Source of the DNA: the human T2T-CHM13v2.0 reference genome, Homo sapiens
DNA: 64,000 bases
NCBI GenBank assembly: GCA_009914755.4
Contig: CP068257.2
Coordinates: forward strand, 29,728,001-29,792,000
Direction of reading: 5' to 3'
The position numbers and the translations under genes were made by a program. The notes below the pieces were generated by a model. That model was not told the origin of the DNA. It saw nothing but the letters and a program-made list of their open reading frames with translations, and did no database searches. Positions 17,081 through 35,040 of the stretch are shown here, piece after piece (the stretch's first letter is position 1; the number at the start of each line of letters is the position of its first letter).

Positions 17081-17540
17081 TGACTACTCAACTCACTCAA
17101 GGTCTTCCTTAAAACACTGACCATGGAGCTGGCTCTAGTCCTCAAGGGCTGGAGTGCCCTCCTGAAAATTCAGTGGGATCAGGACACTATGCTCCCCTTA
17201 GCCCAAGAGTGGGCTCATTCATCTGCAGTGACTACATCACGCCTCTGACAGACACTGATGCCAAGCCAAACCCTTCTGTATATGTACAACAATTTATTCT
17301 TTTTGTCTCATTGTCCTCAAACTGTACAGGACATCACATTCCTGCTTTTTAAAGGTTATCTAGCAGGTTTCTGTCTGCCATCCTAGGCTACTAAGGGTAT
17401 TTAGACTTTGTACTGAAGATCCCGCAGGGGTCTTCTTGGATACCACATCTCCCATCCAGATGCGATATCCAGTTCAGAAACAGTCAGCAGCTACATTTTT
17501 CACTGTGTCCATTGAGGAATAAGAAAAAAAAAAAAAAGTG

Positions 17541-17843
<303 letters not shown>

Positions 17844-18380
17844 GTCATTAAAAGCTGCAGGAGAGAGAATGACATAAATAAGAAGAAACAAGATAAGCCA
17901 AAAGAGCCACAGAGCCCAGAATCCTGGGGGCCTCACCATCCAGCACAATCCCTAGATAGGTAACATTACTGTTCATGTTAGCCAGGAGGCACCTTATGTC
18001 TTCAAAAAAAATTAACACCAACCTCCTTTAAAAAAAATTCACATGATCTTGGCTTGATGTATGTTATTTGCAAACAGGAGTCCTATCTAACATAGAAACT
18101 ATTCTGGTAGAAAAAGTCAGTGTCCCACATAAAGTACCTTGCCAATTTCTATTAAGGTATTGGGCAGTCTGTCCTACCAGTGTGATTCACTAATTAACTT
18201 TCTTTGGTACGTTCCAGCCTGCTTCAAATCCGCAAGGATCCCTGCTCTCCAAAGGGCATTTTAGTATCTTAACCCTCAAGGCTTTTAACCATTTTACTCC
18301 CATTTCTACTTGGCTTCCCTGATTCCCTGAAGACAATCTTTTTCCCACTCATACTCGCTGCCACACAATTTGGCCAAGAG

Positions 18381-19075
<695 letters not shown>

Positions 19076-19224
19076 AATAACATCAATGAATAATTTCTGC
19101 TTCCAAAAACACTGCACTGTGCCCTAGCCAAAGAATCACCCAAGGTTGGACTCTAGGCAAGTTATAAGTAACTCTAGACTCCAAATGGATAATAGAAGAC
19201 CCAGTCCTTAAGAAAAAAAAAAAA

Positions 19225-19668
19225 ATGTGAAAACGTATGTCCACACAAAAGCTTGTACACAAGTTTCGTAGCAGCATTAGCTGTTATGGCCAAAAAGAAA
19301 AATAACCCAAATGTCCATCAATTAATGAGTGGATAAATAAAATATGGTACAGCCATACAATAGAGTATTACACAGCAATAAAAAGAAATGAAGTACTGAG
19401 ACACAATACAACAAAGATCAACCTCAAAAACATGCCAAGTGAAAGAAGCCAGTCAAAAAAGACTCCATACTGCATAATTCCTTTCATATAAAATGTCCAG
19501 AACAGGAAATCTATGGAGACAAATTAAATGGTTGGGGTTGGGGATTGGGTGAGAAGAGCTGGAGGGAAATACGGATGGCTGGTAATGGGTACAGAGTTTC
19601 TTCTGTCCTAAGAACAATTTTGAGGATGGTGGCAAAACTTTATAAATGTACTAAAATTATGGAACTGG
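19225..19668 (+). mobile_element. LINE-1 3' end (L1M/L1P-type)
   Basis: ...cataaaagcttgtacacaagtttcgtagcagcattag...cccaaatgtccatcaattaatgagtggataaataaaatatggtacagccatacaatagagtattac...aagaagccagtcaaaaaagactccatactgcat... matches L1 3' consensus. Confidence 0.7.
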
Positions 19669-19960
19669 CAGGGTATGTTGGTTCATGCCTGTAATCCCAG
19701 CACTTTTGGGAGGCTAAGGCAGGCGGATCATTTGACTCAGGAGTTCAAGATCAGCATGACCAACATGGTGAAACCCTGTCTCTACTAAAAATACAAAAAA
19801 TTGGCCAGGCATGGTGGTGCACACCTGTAATCTCAGCTACTCGGGAGGCTGGGCATGAGAATCGCTTGAACCTGAGAGGTGGAGGTTGCAGTTGGAGCAC
19901 GCCACCGCACTCTAGCCTGAGCGAAATAGTGAGACTTTGTCTCAAACAATAAATGTTAAG
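19668..19960 (+). mobile_element. Alu (first of a tandem pair)
   Basis: ggcagggtatgttggttcatgcctgtaatcccagcac... Confidence 0.9.
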
Positions 19961-20281
<321 letters not shown>

Positions 20282-20539
20282 TTATGGAAGTGTACATTTT
20301 AAATGGATGATTCGAAAGGGGTATGAATTATAGTTCAATAAAGCTGTTTTTTAAAAAATCCATCAGAGGATAATTAATCTATTACCACAGTATAAAGAAA
20401 AGGAATAGACTCAATACCCTACTTTTTTTAGTTCATTAAAATGTGGGTCAAAATCCTAAATTTAACATATCCACAATGTTCATAAAGCAGTTTATATAGT
20501 TAATTCCATATAATTTGCATTGTACCGGATCGGTTAGGG

Positions 20540-20740
20540 ACAGGGGCTTTAGAATAAAACTAGGTTTAAGTCCCAACCCCTTCACTCACATGTTGAATGA
20601 CCTGGGATCCTCCCCCAAGCCCCAGCTTCTCTATAGGTAAAATGAGGAAAATAATAGTGCTTCTTTCACCGATGAGTGAGTACCTGACACAGTGCAGCAC
20701 TCAAACAGTAACTTTATAAGTAAATAAATAACAACAACAA
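20540..20740 (+). mobile_element. MIR (ancient SINE) fragment
   Basis: ...cagcttctctataggtaaaatgaggaaaataatagtgc...gacacagtgcagcactcaaacagtaactttataagtaaataaataa resembles MIR core/3' end. Confidence 0.5.
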
Positions 20741-21002
20741 AACCAAGTACTTGTGTGCAATATACTAAACCTTGCTAGAAGACACAGATAATACAGTCCC
20801 TTTCTTCTATTAGATTATGACACCAAGCTGACTGTTTAGTGCTGCAATAATAAGAATGCTATGGACTGAACATCTGTGTCCCCGCAAAATCCGTATGTTG
20901 AAATTCTAATCCCTAAGGTGATGGTATTTGGAGGTGGGGCCTTTGCGGGGTGATTAGACATGAGTGGAGCCCTCATGAATGGTATTAGTGCTCTTATAAG
21001 AA

Positions 21003-21717
<715 letters not shown>

Positions 21718-22618
21718 TCAAACTGCCTAAGACAAAGACCAATAAAGCATTATGAGGAGAGACTTGTGCAGAAGACATTTAAACTGGGTCAAGCAGAAAT
21801 TCTTGAATTAGAGAATGAAAAGAGGGAAGGAAAGGAACAAAATGATAAGCACATCTCCCATGCAATATGCTTTTGCTAACTCTTATCCAAACACCAGAGA
21901 CCTCTGGGGCTAGATGTTTGAACGCTTATCAGTGCACTGTATATCCGTATGAAAAACCACAAGGTAACTAGAAACCATTGGCTAAAATCATAGGTGACAA
22001 AAGGCATGACTTGAGATTTACGCCGTGTCTAGAACATAAGGGCAGAAGAAAATAAAAAGCAGACAGATTAATTGTGTATTTTGACCAAGGTACAAGGATC
22101 AAATAGATACATTTCAATTTCCAATTTCCACATTTCTGATCATTAGCTACCACACTCCTATGTATCTCATGAAAGAAAGCAAGAAATGAATTATCTCAGA
22201 GCCAAACAACCTCCTGACAACTCTTTGATCTGTTTTTTTCCGAAAGACTGACTACCTCCAATGACACTGCTCTCTGAAAAGGCAATTAATGAGACGGATG
22301 TAGCACACTGAATGAGAGGATTGAAGTACCTATGCTTTTTCTTTTGACAGTTTATAAAACAGATTTTTTTAACATGTCAGTCAATTGGTGATATTTTAAA
22401 TGAGATCACAAAAGTCAAGGTCTTTGCTACAAAAAACACGGCAAACAAACTAAAAAAATTAATGAAAGCATGTGATTCTAGTGTGAAACAACGACCCATG
22501 TGTCATTATTGGTTCAAGAAGTATGCTTTTATGCCTTCAATATGGAAAAGTAATCAATTTCACCTTGGCGAATTACCATTATGCACTTAGGTTTAAACTA
22601 GATGTCTCAATATTATCA

Positions 22619-22987
<369 letters not shown>

Positions 22988-24008
22988 TTAATCCCAGCCC
23001 TGTCATGATCTAAACATACAGTGATTCTCTGAGTGCCAGGGGCCACTAAGCATTACAAGGATTGTGCAAAATGATGTTCATTGAATACCTATTATGTACC
23101 CGACCCTAGGCTATATCCCACTCCCCAGGAACTCAAAAGTTGGTAGGATGAGTCCTTTCCCAGGCACCTCTTCACACTTCAACAGTTCTTTCACTCAACC
23201 TTACAAACAGGCTCAAAATGGGCTTTCAGAGATTCGCCAAACTGATACTGGCTTGTCCACCAACACTGTACACCTATCTCTTTCAGGCTGTCATTTCCAC
23301 GGACAATTCCTGACATGCCTTGGGAAAGAAAACCTCCTGTATCTACATGGGACTACAGGTATCACATCGTATATATGTATCTCCATACCTTGTATCTATC
23401 TACTACATAAGGTTACACACCAACAGGACGTGTCCATGTAAACAAGGTAGGCATGAGAAATGAAAAGCGAGCTCATTACAGTATGTGGGGCACTCGATTT
23501 CTTTAAGACCAGCTTCATTTGCTGTGATTTTCCACTTTCCAGAGTGAAAACCTGGAACGGAAAATGAAACGATGTTTCCAAGGTTATGCTGCAAATCATC
23601 AGAACAATCTGGGCCAATGGACAGGTTTCTAGATCTGACAGCTGCTCCTCTATCTGCTGGGACCTGCTGTTTCCAAATTATCATATGCAATCGAGCACCT
23701 CAGGAGCAATGCAAATTGCTAAAATCTAAGTAGAGCAGGTGAAGACATTTGCTGGCTGACGACCATATTCTTGTAACGCACTCTGGGGCCACATATCCTG
23801 TGGTGTTCATAGATGCACTTCCAGTCTCAAGCAGGGGACTGGGCACCTCGTAAGTTTAATGAACAAATAAGGCAATTAAGATACTCAAGGAAATATATAA
23901 CATCTGAAGAGGATGGAAATAGAAGTAATCAAGCAAACACATCATCAAATGAAAAAAAAAATGTCAAAGATCAAGGGGGAAGATACCCAAATTAAAAATG
24001 TTTTCCCT

Positions 24009-24350
<342 letters not shown>

Positions 24351-24628
24351 TTAAATTTAAAAACCAGAATCTACAAAATATCTTACCTTAAGTCCCACAA
24401 ATAGGTCAAGAGCTGTCAGTGGAGACCCAAGAGGGTTGCACAGAAGGGCTACACATACCACTAATGGAACAGGAAACCATTTTTAGTGGTACATGGAAAA
24501 CCATGTTTCATCTTTACAGTTATAACTATTTTTCAATGTGTATTAAAAAATGTATTAGTAGCACATTAAGCCCATGACATCAGGACTAGGTAAAGTAACC
24601 TCACACCCACACAAGCACACACACACAC

Positions 24629-24749
24629 TGATATGATTTGAATGCTGTCCCCTCTAAATCCTTTGTTGAAATGGAATCCCCACTGTTGGAGGTGGGGGCT
24701 AGTGGGAGGTGTTTGGGTCATAGGAGATGCCACATGGCTTCATGCTGTC

Positions 24750-24752
<3 letters not shown>
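24629..24752 (+). mobile_element. MaLR-like LTR 5' fragment (tgatatgatttgaatgctgtcccc...)
   Basis: resembles the THE1/MST/MLT LTR start; truncated by Alu. Confidence 0.4.
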
Positions 24753-24976
<224 letters not shown>

Positions 24977-25439
24977 TAGTGTGTTCTTTATAGATAGATA
25001 GATATAGATTTTTAAAAAACAGACTTTATGAGGTTAATGACTATTATCAACCATCATAAAATAGAATGGGACTTTCAAAATCATACAAGCCACAAGGCTG
25101 TGGGCTGCTACGAAAGAAGGGTGGGGTCAAGGGTCCCAAGGCATTTTGGGGTGCGAGATGCAGGGAGAGCCTGAGAGTCACCCAGTGTCTGTAGGGACGG
25201 TTGGGTCAAGGCAATAAGCTAGGATCTGTACAAGTGAAACATTCATCAGAATGTGACCCACCCTGAAATAGGAGGGAGGAAAATCTTTAAGAGTTTCACA
25301 GGTAAGGTCCCAAAACTACAAAATAATAAGGGGGTAATGTATATTCCTCACCCAGTCTTGGCATCAATTTGTGCTTTAAAAAATATACTGCACTGGAAGA
25401 TTTAAAAAAAAAAAAAAATGTACCCTACACCAGCTGTTT

Positions 25440-25690
25440 AAAACGTAAATCTTATGAACAAATATGTATATATAATAAATTTTAATAATATTTAATTTAA
25501 AATTAAAATGTTTAATATATTATATATTTATATATAATACATATTGATTATATATTAATTATATTAGTTAATATAATTATATTAGTTAATATAATTAATA
25601 TATTAATTGATAATATATTAATGTTATTTATACTGGTATTAATATATTATATATAATATATATAATAAACATTTTAAACAAATAACTGTA
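25440..25690. repeat. AT-rich low-complexity block with short tandem and palindromic units (e.g. attatattagttaatata x2; aattaatatattaatt palindrome)
   Basis: >90% A+T, read directly. Confidence 0.85.
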
Positions 25691-26882
25691 TTGTGCCTAT
25701 GCAGAAATGAACCAAAATTAAACTCTAAGAGAATTAACTTCAAGGTCAAAGCAAGGACGAAGGTGGTGGCAGATGCTGGGGTATGCTATGTGGAGGGGCT
25801 GCCAGGGACAGGGCATCCCTCTCCTGCCAGCAGCCTGCGCCAGCTATCTCGAGGCTCTGAGAGGGGCTGTGATGAAATGGGGCTGTTTCCCTGGGCCCGC
25901 AGCCCTGGCACGGGTGCTGAGCAGAGACTTGTGTTGGCTTCTGTGAGGCTCAACTCTGCTCCTGGTCTCCCCTATCCTGCCCTGCCCCTGGCTTCTCAGG
26001 GAATGGAGACCCACTCACCCTCCCTTCTTGGTTCTGGGGGTCCCCTGGCATGCCCAGAGCTTCTGAGGATGCACTTGGGAAATCTCACCTAGAAAAGCAA
26101 AAGCAAAATCAAACCCACACCAAAAGACCCATAGAAGATTAAAGAAATGCAACCACGTGCAAAGGTGTCTAAGCCCAAGAGGTAAGTGGCTACCTGGAGA
26201 CATGGAGGAACTGCCGCAGCCCTTCCAGATGGGCCGCTAAGACACCCATATTGCATGTGAGGCTATTTCTCCCTGAGGGGACTACTTGGGAACTCGGAGC
26301 AGAGACCCCTGCAAACTGCAGGGCAAGGGACCCAAAGACATCCTTGTGCCTGTGCAAGTGTCCAACATGTGCCACAGGTATGGCCCAGGGAGGACAGGCC
26401 AGGTACATACATCTTAGGGAGGGCACGGGTGGAAGGAAAGTAACAGCCAGAGAGAGGTGACTGAAACAAGGTTTTGCTTCAAGAGGGAATCCATAAATGG
26501 CTTTTGCTATTGTTAAAAGAATAACTACAGGATACAGGGGCACTGACAGCCGGAATGGATGCTGGGAGCTTATTTGCCTGCGGAAGGTCCTTGGTTTCTG
26601 CCTTGGTGTCCAGGGTGTTTTTGACGTCCTGAGCTTTATCTGCTCCGGCATGGCCCCGCTGGGCTGGGCACCCATGGCCTGGCACCAGCCCTTGTCTAAG
26701 CACCTCTTAGAACTTCTGGTATCTGCTCTCTTAGCTGTGGCACCACCTGCCAGACCCACCACCCTGGGCCCCCCAGGTGGCTACAGCCTTCTCTTTTCCC
26801 AGAGATGTGGGGAGCCCCCGTCCCACCCCGAGAGCAGACTGAAGCTCAATACAGGGCTTTTGTTTGTAGAAGCTTATTCTCT

Positions 26883-27198
<316 letters not shown>

Positions 27199-27626
27199 TG
27201 TCTTTTTTCAAGGAGAGGCTGTATATGGATGGTGTGCAGGGACACTGTCTTCTGACGATGTTGGGAAGGGGAAAAGAGGAATCAGTCCTTGTCCCACGGA
27301 GGTAGCCAGCAAGGATGAAGGGGAAGACCAAGGACTTCTCTCTACGGCTGCGGACGCTGGTCCAAGGCACAGGGTGCCAGCCCCAGTGGTGGGCGGCTCT
27401 GTAAGTTGGTGCCAGGTGGCCGTGCATAGTGGCCCGTGGTGAGCGTCACTTGGGGAGGAGGTGGGCCTGGAGGGAAGCCGGCAGCAGCAGTGTGTGGGTC
27501 TCTCCCAGGCGCACCTTCCCCAGGGGCAGGTGCATGGAGTGAAGTCGCCTCCTCCCAGTGGCCCTGATGAGGAGGCCTAGAGCCTGGTTCCTGCTGCAAG
27601 CACGCAGGCTGCCCGAGCACGACTTC

Positions 27627-27896
27627 TGTGACACAATGGTGAGTTCTCATGAGATCTGGTTGTTTAAAAGTGTGTGGCACCTTCTCTCACTCTGTTGCTC
27701 AGGCTTTCACCATGTGACATGCCTGTTCCCGCTTCACTCTCCGTCACAATTATAGGTTTCCTGAGGCCTCCCTAGAAGCCTAGCAGACGCCGCAAAAAGC
27801 TTCTTGTGCTGTCTGCAAAACAACGAGCCAATTAAAGCCCTTTTCTTAATAAATTACCCAGTCTTAGGTATTTCTTTATCCAACGCAAGAAGACCC

Positions 27897-27903
<7 letters not shown>
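27627..27903 (+). mobile_element. MaLR MST-type (MSTA-like) LTR 3' portion
   Basis: tgtgacacaatggtgagttctcatgagatctggttgtttaaaagtgtgtggcacc...ccatgtgacatgcctg...gagccaattaaagcccttttcttaataaattacccagtcttaggtatttctttat... Confidence 0.65.

Positions 27904-27946
<43 letters not shown>
27899..27946. repeat. (CA)24 dinucleotide microsatellite
   Basis: acacacac... run. Confidence 0.95.
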
Positions 27947-28031
27947 CCTCTTACGTGAATACGGTGAATCTGATAAAGAAGGGTACAAATGCCAGAAGTT
28001 GATCTCCAAGATGCAGGGGACAGGGTGGTCA

Positions 28032-28363
<332 letters not shown>

Positions 28364-28404
28364 CAGAGAAAGTGGAGGGAGCCAGGAGGCTGGATGTTAA
28401 GCCC

Positions 28405-28545
28405 TGCTGCTTATGTTTTTATGCCTCAATTTCTTCATCTGTAAAATGGGGATAATAATTGAATCTACATCACAGAGTTCATATGAGAATTGAAGAAATT
28501 AAAATAGTAAGCACTCAGCAAAAGCATTACCTATCACTATAATTT
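28405..28545 (+). mobile_element. MIR fragment
   Basis: ...gcctcaatttcttcatctgtaaaatggggataataattgaatctacatcacagag...aaatagtaagcactcagcaaa. Confidence 0.55.
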
Positions 28546-28647
28546 AACACAAATTTAAGGTAAAAGCAAGAAGACAAGGGGAAAGAAGGGGCAACCACGG
28601 GCTGCCAGCAGCAAGAAGCACTGGCTCTGCTAAGCCAGGGTTCAGAA

Positions 28648-29265
28648 AACTTTCTCTGCAAAGGGCCGGATGGTAAATATTTCAGGCCTTCCTGGCCATA
28701 AGGTCTGTGTCACACGCACTCAACTCCACCACTGGCACATGAAACGAGCCACGGGTAATACATACGTGAATGGGTGTGGCTACATTCCAATAAAATTTTA
28801 TTCGTGGATGCTGACATTTGAATTTCATATAACTTTCCCATATCACAAAGTATTCTTCTTATGATGTTTTTCCCAACCATTTATTTTATTATTTTTATTT
28901 TATTTTATTTTATTTTATTGAGATGGAGGCTCTCTGTGTCACCCAGGCTGGAGTGCAGTGGCACGATCTCAGCTTACTGCAACCTCCGCCTCCCGGGTCC
29001 AAGCAATTCTCAGCCTCCCGAGTAGCTGTGATTACAGGTGCCTTCCACCACACCCAGCTAATTTTAGTATTTTTAGTAGAGACAGGGTTTCGCCATGTTG
29101 GCCAGGCTGGTCTGGAACTCCTGACCCCAGGTGATCTGCCTGCCTCGGCCTCCCAAAGTGCTAGGATTACAGGCGAGAGCCACCGCCCCCAGGCTTCCCA
29201 ACCATTTAAAACCATAAAGTCTATTCTTAGCCTAAGCAACAAAACAAGGCAGTGGCCGGCTAGGT
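28648..29265 (+). mobile_element. hAT-type MER-group non-autonomous DNA transposon (MER5/MER58-like) interrupted by Alu
   Basis: ...ctctgcaaagggccggatggtaaatatttcaggccttcctggccataaggtctgtgtcacacgcactcaactcc...ggctacattccaataaaattttattcgtgg... continues after the Alu: acaaaacaaggcagtggccggctaggttgctgagccacatgc. Confidence 0.4.
28880..29193 (-). mobile_element. Alu with (TTTTA)n tail, TSD ttcccaaccattta
   Basis: reverse Alu consensus; identical flank copies. Confidence 0.95.
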
Positions 29266-31018
29266 TGCTGAGCCACATGCTACAACACACTAGGCATACA
29301 CAGGCTGCCCAACTACATTTATATTCATTTGAACAGACTGGTCGGCTAGACAATCAAAGTCCCATGCGTTGGATACTACCATTTAATCTCTTATTTTCAA
29401 CCTCTAGAGAGAGAAAGATTTTAACCAATATTTGATGAACTGTCTAACCTACTTAGTGAGAACAAGCTTCAATTTATCTATCTTAGCCCTGGTATTTTTC
29501 TATATAAATCAATTCCTAAAGCACATATTTATAACTATAAATGTCAAGCCTCCACTCTGAGTTTTGGGCTCTTCATTCTGCACTCCACCACACATTATGT
29601 CCAACATGACAAATTTATTTCATTACATTCAGTAATCAGGAATATTTCCAGTGGTGGGAAAAAGCCTTGGAACATATCACTTTTCAGTATGGCTTCCTCA
29701 TTTTAAAGATATATTTTTAAAAAATCTATTAAGAGGAATTTTTTAGAAAGCACAAAGACTTTCTTAAGCAAGAATGAGGGAACGTGAGAGATTTTTGGAG
29801 AATTTATACTTACTCATTCCTCAGTACCCACTTTGTGGATGCAGTATTATGGACATAATGTTTTCAGTTTTGATTAAATAATTAATGATGTAAAAACAAG
29901 GTATTATTTAGATTCTCTCCAATCACCAGGAGAACAGAACCTCAGGACTCCAACTTTCTTGTTTTTCTATATTCTCTAAAGCAATTTGAGAATCTCACTA
30001 ATGGACAAGTTGTAAAACTTTTGTATTACTGTTATCAAAAATGACAAGTGATTTACCAGTATACACGTTCACTTCACTATTGTACCCTTTAAGATAATAT
30101 CTTCCAATTTAAACTTGATCTTGGCTTTGCCTTTTCCTATGTATTGAAATTACATTAGCTCTTCTCATCAGCATCCCCCCGAAAGTAAGAATTAAGAATG
30201 CAGGAGCACCTATACAATCACAGATGTTATGAGCAGGAAGAAGGTCATCAGACAAGATTCCAGGAGGTGAAACATTGTATCAGCTCAGAAGAGAACCATG
30301 ATCCGTGCAACCAAAGACTGAAATTTTTAAGCAAAACTTCATTATGGTTCTTGAAAAGTAAAGTCTAAAAACAACAACAAACCACCTTGTATAAATGTAT
30401 ATTTTGCTGTTTGATCGAGCCCAGAGCTTTTTAAATGAACCTATGCCAGGAAACACTGATGTTCACCCATTAAAAACAACTTTTTAATTGCATGCTGCTG
30501 AATTCTAATACATTCCAAATGGAGGCTCCTCATTCTCCTTTCTTCATGCAGAAAGTGACGACTAGCTTTTCCAGGATCAAAACCAGACCAGTATTCAAAG
30601 ATTCGTAGTAGGACCTGGGCACGCACATCAAAGGGACTTCTCTGGCCTTCTACCAGCCACGCCTCTTCTTAAAGGCAGACAGGCAGATACCTTTCTAGAT
30701 GATACCAGGGCACCCTGGACCCAATGCCCACGTCCAGGCCTTCTAGGGGCTCTTTCTTAGTTCTGACCTGGCAAGGTAGAGGACGATGCTACGTGTGCAC
30801 TCATAGGCCCGAGGGCAGCTCTTGGTGGGGATTTTAAAGGGGGCTTCTTTGTGTACGCTGTTGTGTCCATAAAACCTTTCATTGTCCAAGATGGAGCCAG
30901 GGGTGGGAGGATAAGGAAAGGTCATGGCTGGGGCTGGCTTTTCCCTACCTTACGTTCCCACATGGTATTCCAAGGAGTCTGACAATTGTAACTCTGAATC
31001 CAGCTTTCCAAGTCGTTA

Positions 31019-31346
<328 letters not shown>

Positions 31347-31862
31347 TCAAGGTGGGAGAATATATTTTATTTTACAATTTGTTACCTGGACTTACAACTT
31401 TTACATATCCAGACAAAGGTTATATGTGCCTCCATTTGTATTCTTGCCCGCAGGCCTGCTTCCTTCCACCAAAAAGAGACCATGAATACCTAACTTTTTT
31501 TAAAATTAAAAGCTGCTAGACATATAAAGAGAGTCCCTGATTTAGGACGGTTAGACTTACAGTTTTTGACTTGACAATGGCACAAAAGCAATAAGCATTC
31601 AGTAGAAATCATACTTTAAGTACCCATACGCCCATGCTGTTTTTCACTTTCAGTACAGTACTTAATACATTACATGAGATATTCAACACTTTATTATAAA
31701 ATAGGCTTTGTGTTAGATAATTCTGCCTAACTGTAGGCTAATGTAAGTGTTTTGAGCACATTTAAGGTAGGCTAGGCTAAGCTAGGATGTTCGGTAGATT
31801 AGGTGTATTAAATGTATTTTCAACTTAAGGTATTTTCAACTTACGATGGGTTTACTGAGTCA

Positions 31863-32279
<417 letters not shown>

Positions 32280-32302
32280 GTCGAAAATGATCTTCAATAC
32301 CT

Positions 32303-33005
<703 letters not shown>

Positions 33006-33639
33006 TACTTTGCCAGAATTATTAAAAATGAAAAACGAATGCAACAGGCTGTCCACTGACGTCCACTTCTGAGGCTGCTTTTGAGGCATTACTATTCCAT
33101 GAGCTCAACACCACCCTGTCCTCCCCAGCAGCATCCTCTGCCTCTGCACCCAGAACACGCCCAAGAGACATGGAGGCTCCCAGAGCTGAATGCAGTCACA
33201 TCGAGCCTTATAAAACCTGTGTGTGTCCAAACTGCTGGATTCCACATGAATGTCGGGAATCCTCTCCACCACCACTGAGAACCATGGCTAAAGTATATCT
33301 GAATTTTTTAAGAGAAGAATTTCAGTACCTCCTTGGACTTCAGTTGTTTGTGAGGACTGCTAAATAGCCATTTTCTAAAGCTGAGAGTGTCTGTTTGAAT
33401 GTGGAGTATCATAAAAAGTCACTTAAGGAGTGGTTTTAATGGAAACAGAACCAGCACTCAGAATGCCCTAAATCTTTCCTGTCTTTACCACTGACTGTTA
33501 TACTATATAATAACCATATGGCCTGCATTTCCAGGAGAGTTCCAATTTCATGTATCTTATTACATTAAATTAATAAATAGGCTTATACTGATTCTTAAAG
33601 ATTTTCTTTTTTTAATATTTTCCAAATGTTATACAATAA

Positions 33640-34290
33640 AGCACGTTTTTTCATAATCAGAAACAAATAAATTTCATTTATATATTATGTGAATATACAT
33701 TTATATTTATATTCTGTGCATACAAAAACCCGCATGTGAATGCTTATAGCAATTTTATTCATAATTGCTAAAACTAGGAAGCAGCCACAATGTCCTTCAG
33801 CAGGTGAAGGGATAAATAATCAATGGTATATCACACAAAGGAATATTATCCGGCACTGAGAAGAAATGAGCTAGCAAGCCACAGAAAAATATGGAAGAAC
33901 CTTGAAGACATATTACTAAGTGAAAGAAGCCCATCTGAAAAAGCTACACACTGTATGACTCCAACTACACGACATCCTGGAAAAGGTGAAGCTATAGAGA
34001 CAGTAACAAGAGCAGTGGCTGCCAGGAGATGGGGGAAAGGAGGGATGAACAGGCAGAGCACAAAAGATTTTTAGGGCAGTGAAACTAATTCTGTGGGATA
34101 CTATGTGGTGAACACACGTCATTATACATTGGTCCAAACGCACAGAAGGTACAACACTGAGAGTGAAGCCTGGTGTAAACTATGAACTCTGGGTGGTGAT
34201 GACAGTTGAATGTTGGTTTTCTGTTTGTAAGAAATGCACCAGTCTGGGGCAGGATGTTGGTGGTGGGAGAGGTGGGCCAGGAGTGAGAGA
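33640..34290 (+). mobile_element. ancient LINE-1 (L1M-type) 3' end
   Basis: ...ccacaatgtccttcagcaggtgaagggataaataa...ccttgaagacatattactaagtgaaagaagcccatctgaaaaagctacacactgtatgactcc...gtgaaactaattctgtgggatactatgtggtgaacacacgtcattatacatt... Confidence 0.6.
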
Positions 34291-34365
34291 GGAAGGGGCG
34301 TACAGGAACTCTGCGCTTTCCACCCAATTTGGCTGGCAACCTAAAACTCCTCTAAAAATGAAAAT

Positions 34366-34381
34366 CTACTCATTCTCTCTC

Positions 34382-34451
<70 letters not shown>
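34366..34451. repeat. compound (CT)n(CA)n microsatellite
   Basis: ctctctct...cacacaca read directly. Confidence 0.95.
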
Positions 34452-34464
<13 letters not shown>

Positions 34465-34625
34465 CAGAGGAGCCAGGGCAAACACACAGGGCTCCTGTTT
34501 ATGGCCACTTGCCTGAAGCAGTGGGCAATCATTCCCTCCACCTCCTTGCCCACAGCCTTGGTTTCTTCTTCCTTCCATAGTATAAAGTGATTCTAGTTGC
34601 TACCCATGAGCTACAGGCATTATTA

Positions 34626-35040
<415 letters not shown>

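Noticed and set aside
26190-26762. 190-aa minus-strand ORF, with an overlapping 180-aa plus-strand ORF at 26497-27039, as possible genes
   Set aside because: The ORFs overlap on opposite strands in a GC-rich block, which is the usual stop-codon paucity effect. The plus ORF runs straight into an Alu. I recognise no domain or family signature. Reported as a finding with low weight instead of a CDS.
27200-27660. Possible CpG island / promoter
   Set aside because: GC ~60%, but a hand count gives about 15 CpG in 460 bp, observed/expected ~0.35, below island criteria. The same holds for 25780-26100.
30441-30925. Two ~60-aa minus-strand ORFs in repeat-free sequence; considered as a possible exon
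   Set aside because: No confident splice acceptor/donor pairing framing an open segment. The peptides (e.g. ...RFYGHNSVHKEAPFKIPTKSCPRAYECTRSIVLYLARSE...) match no family I can recall. Too short to call.
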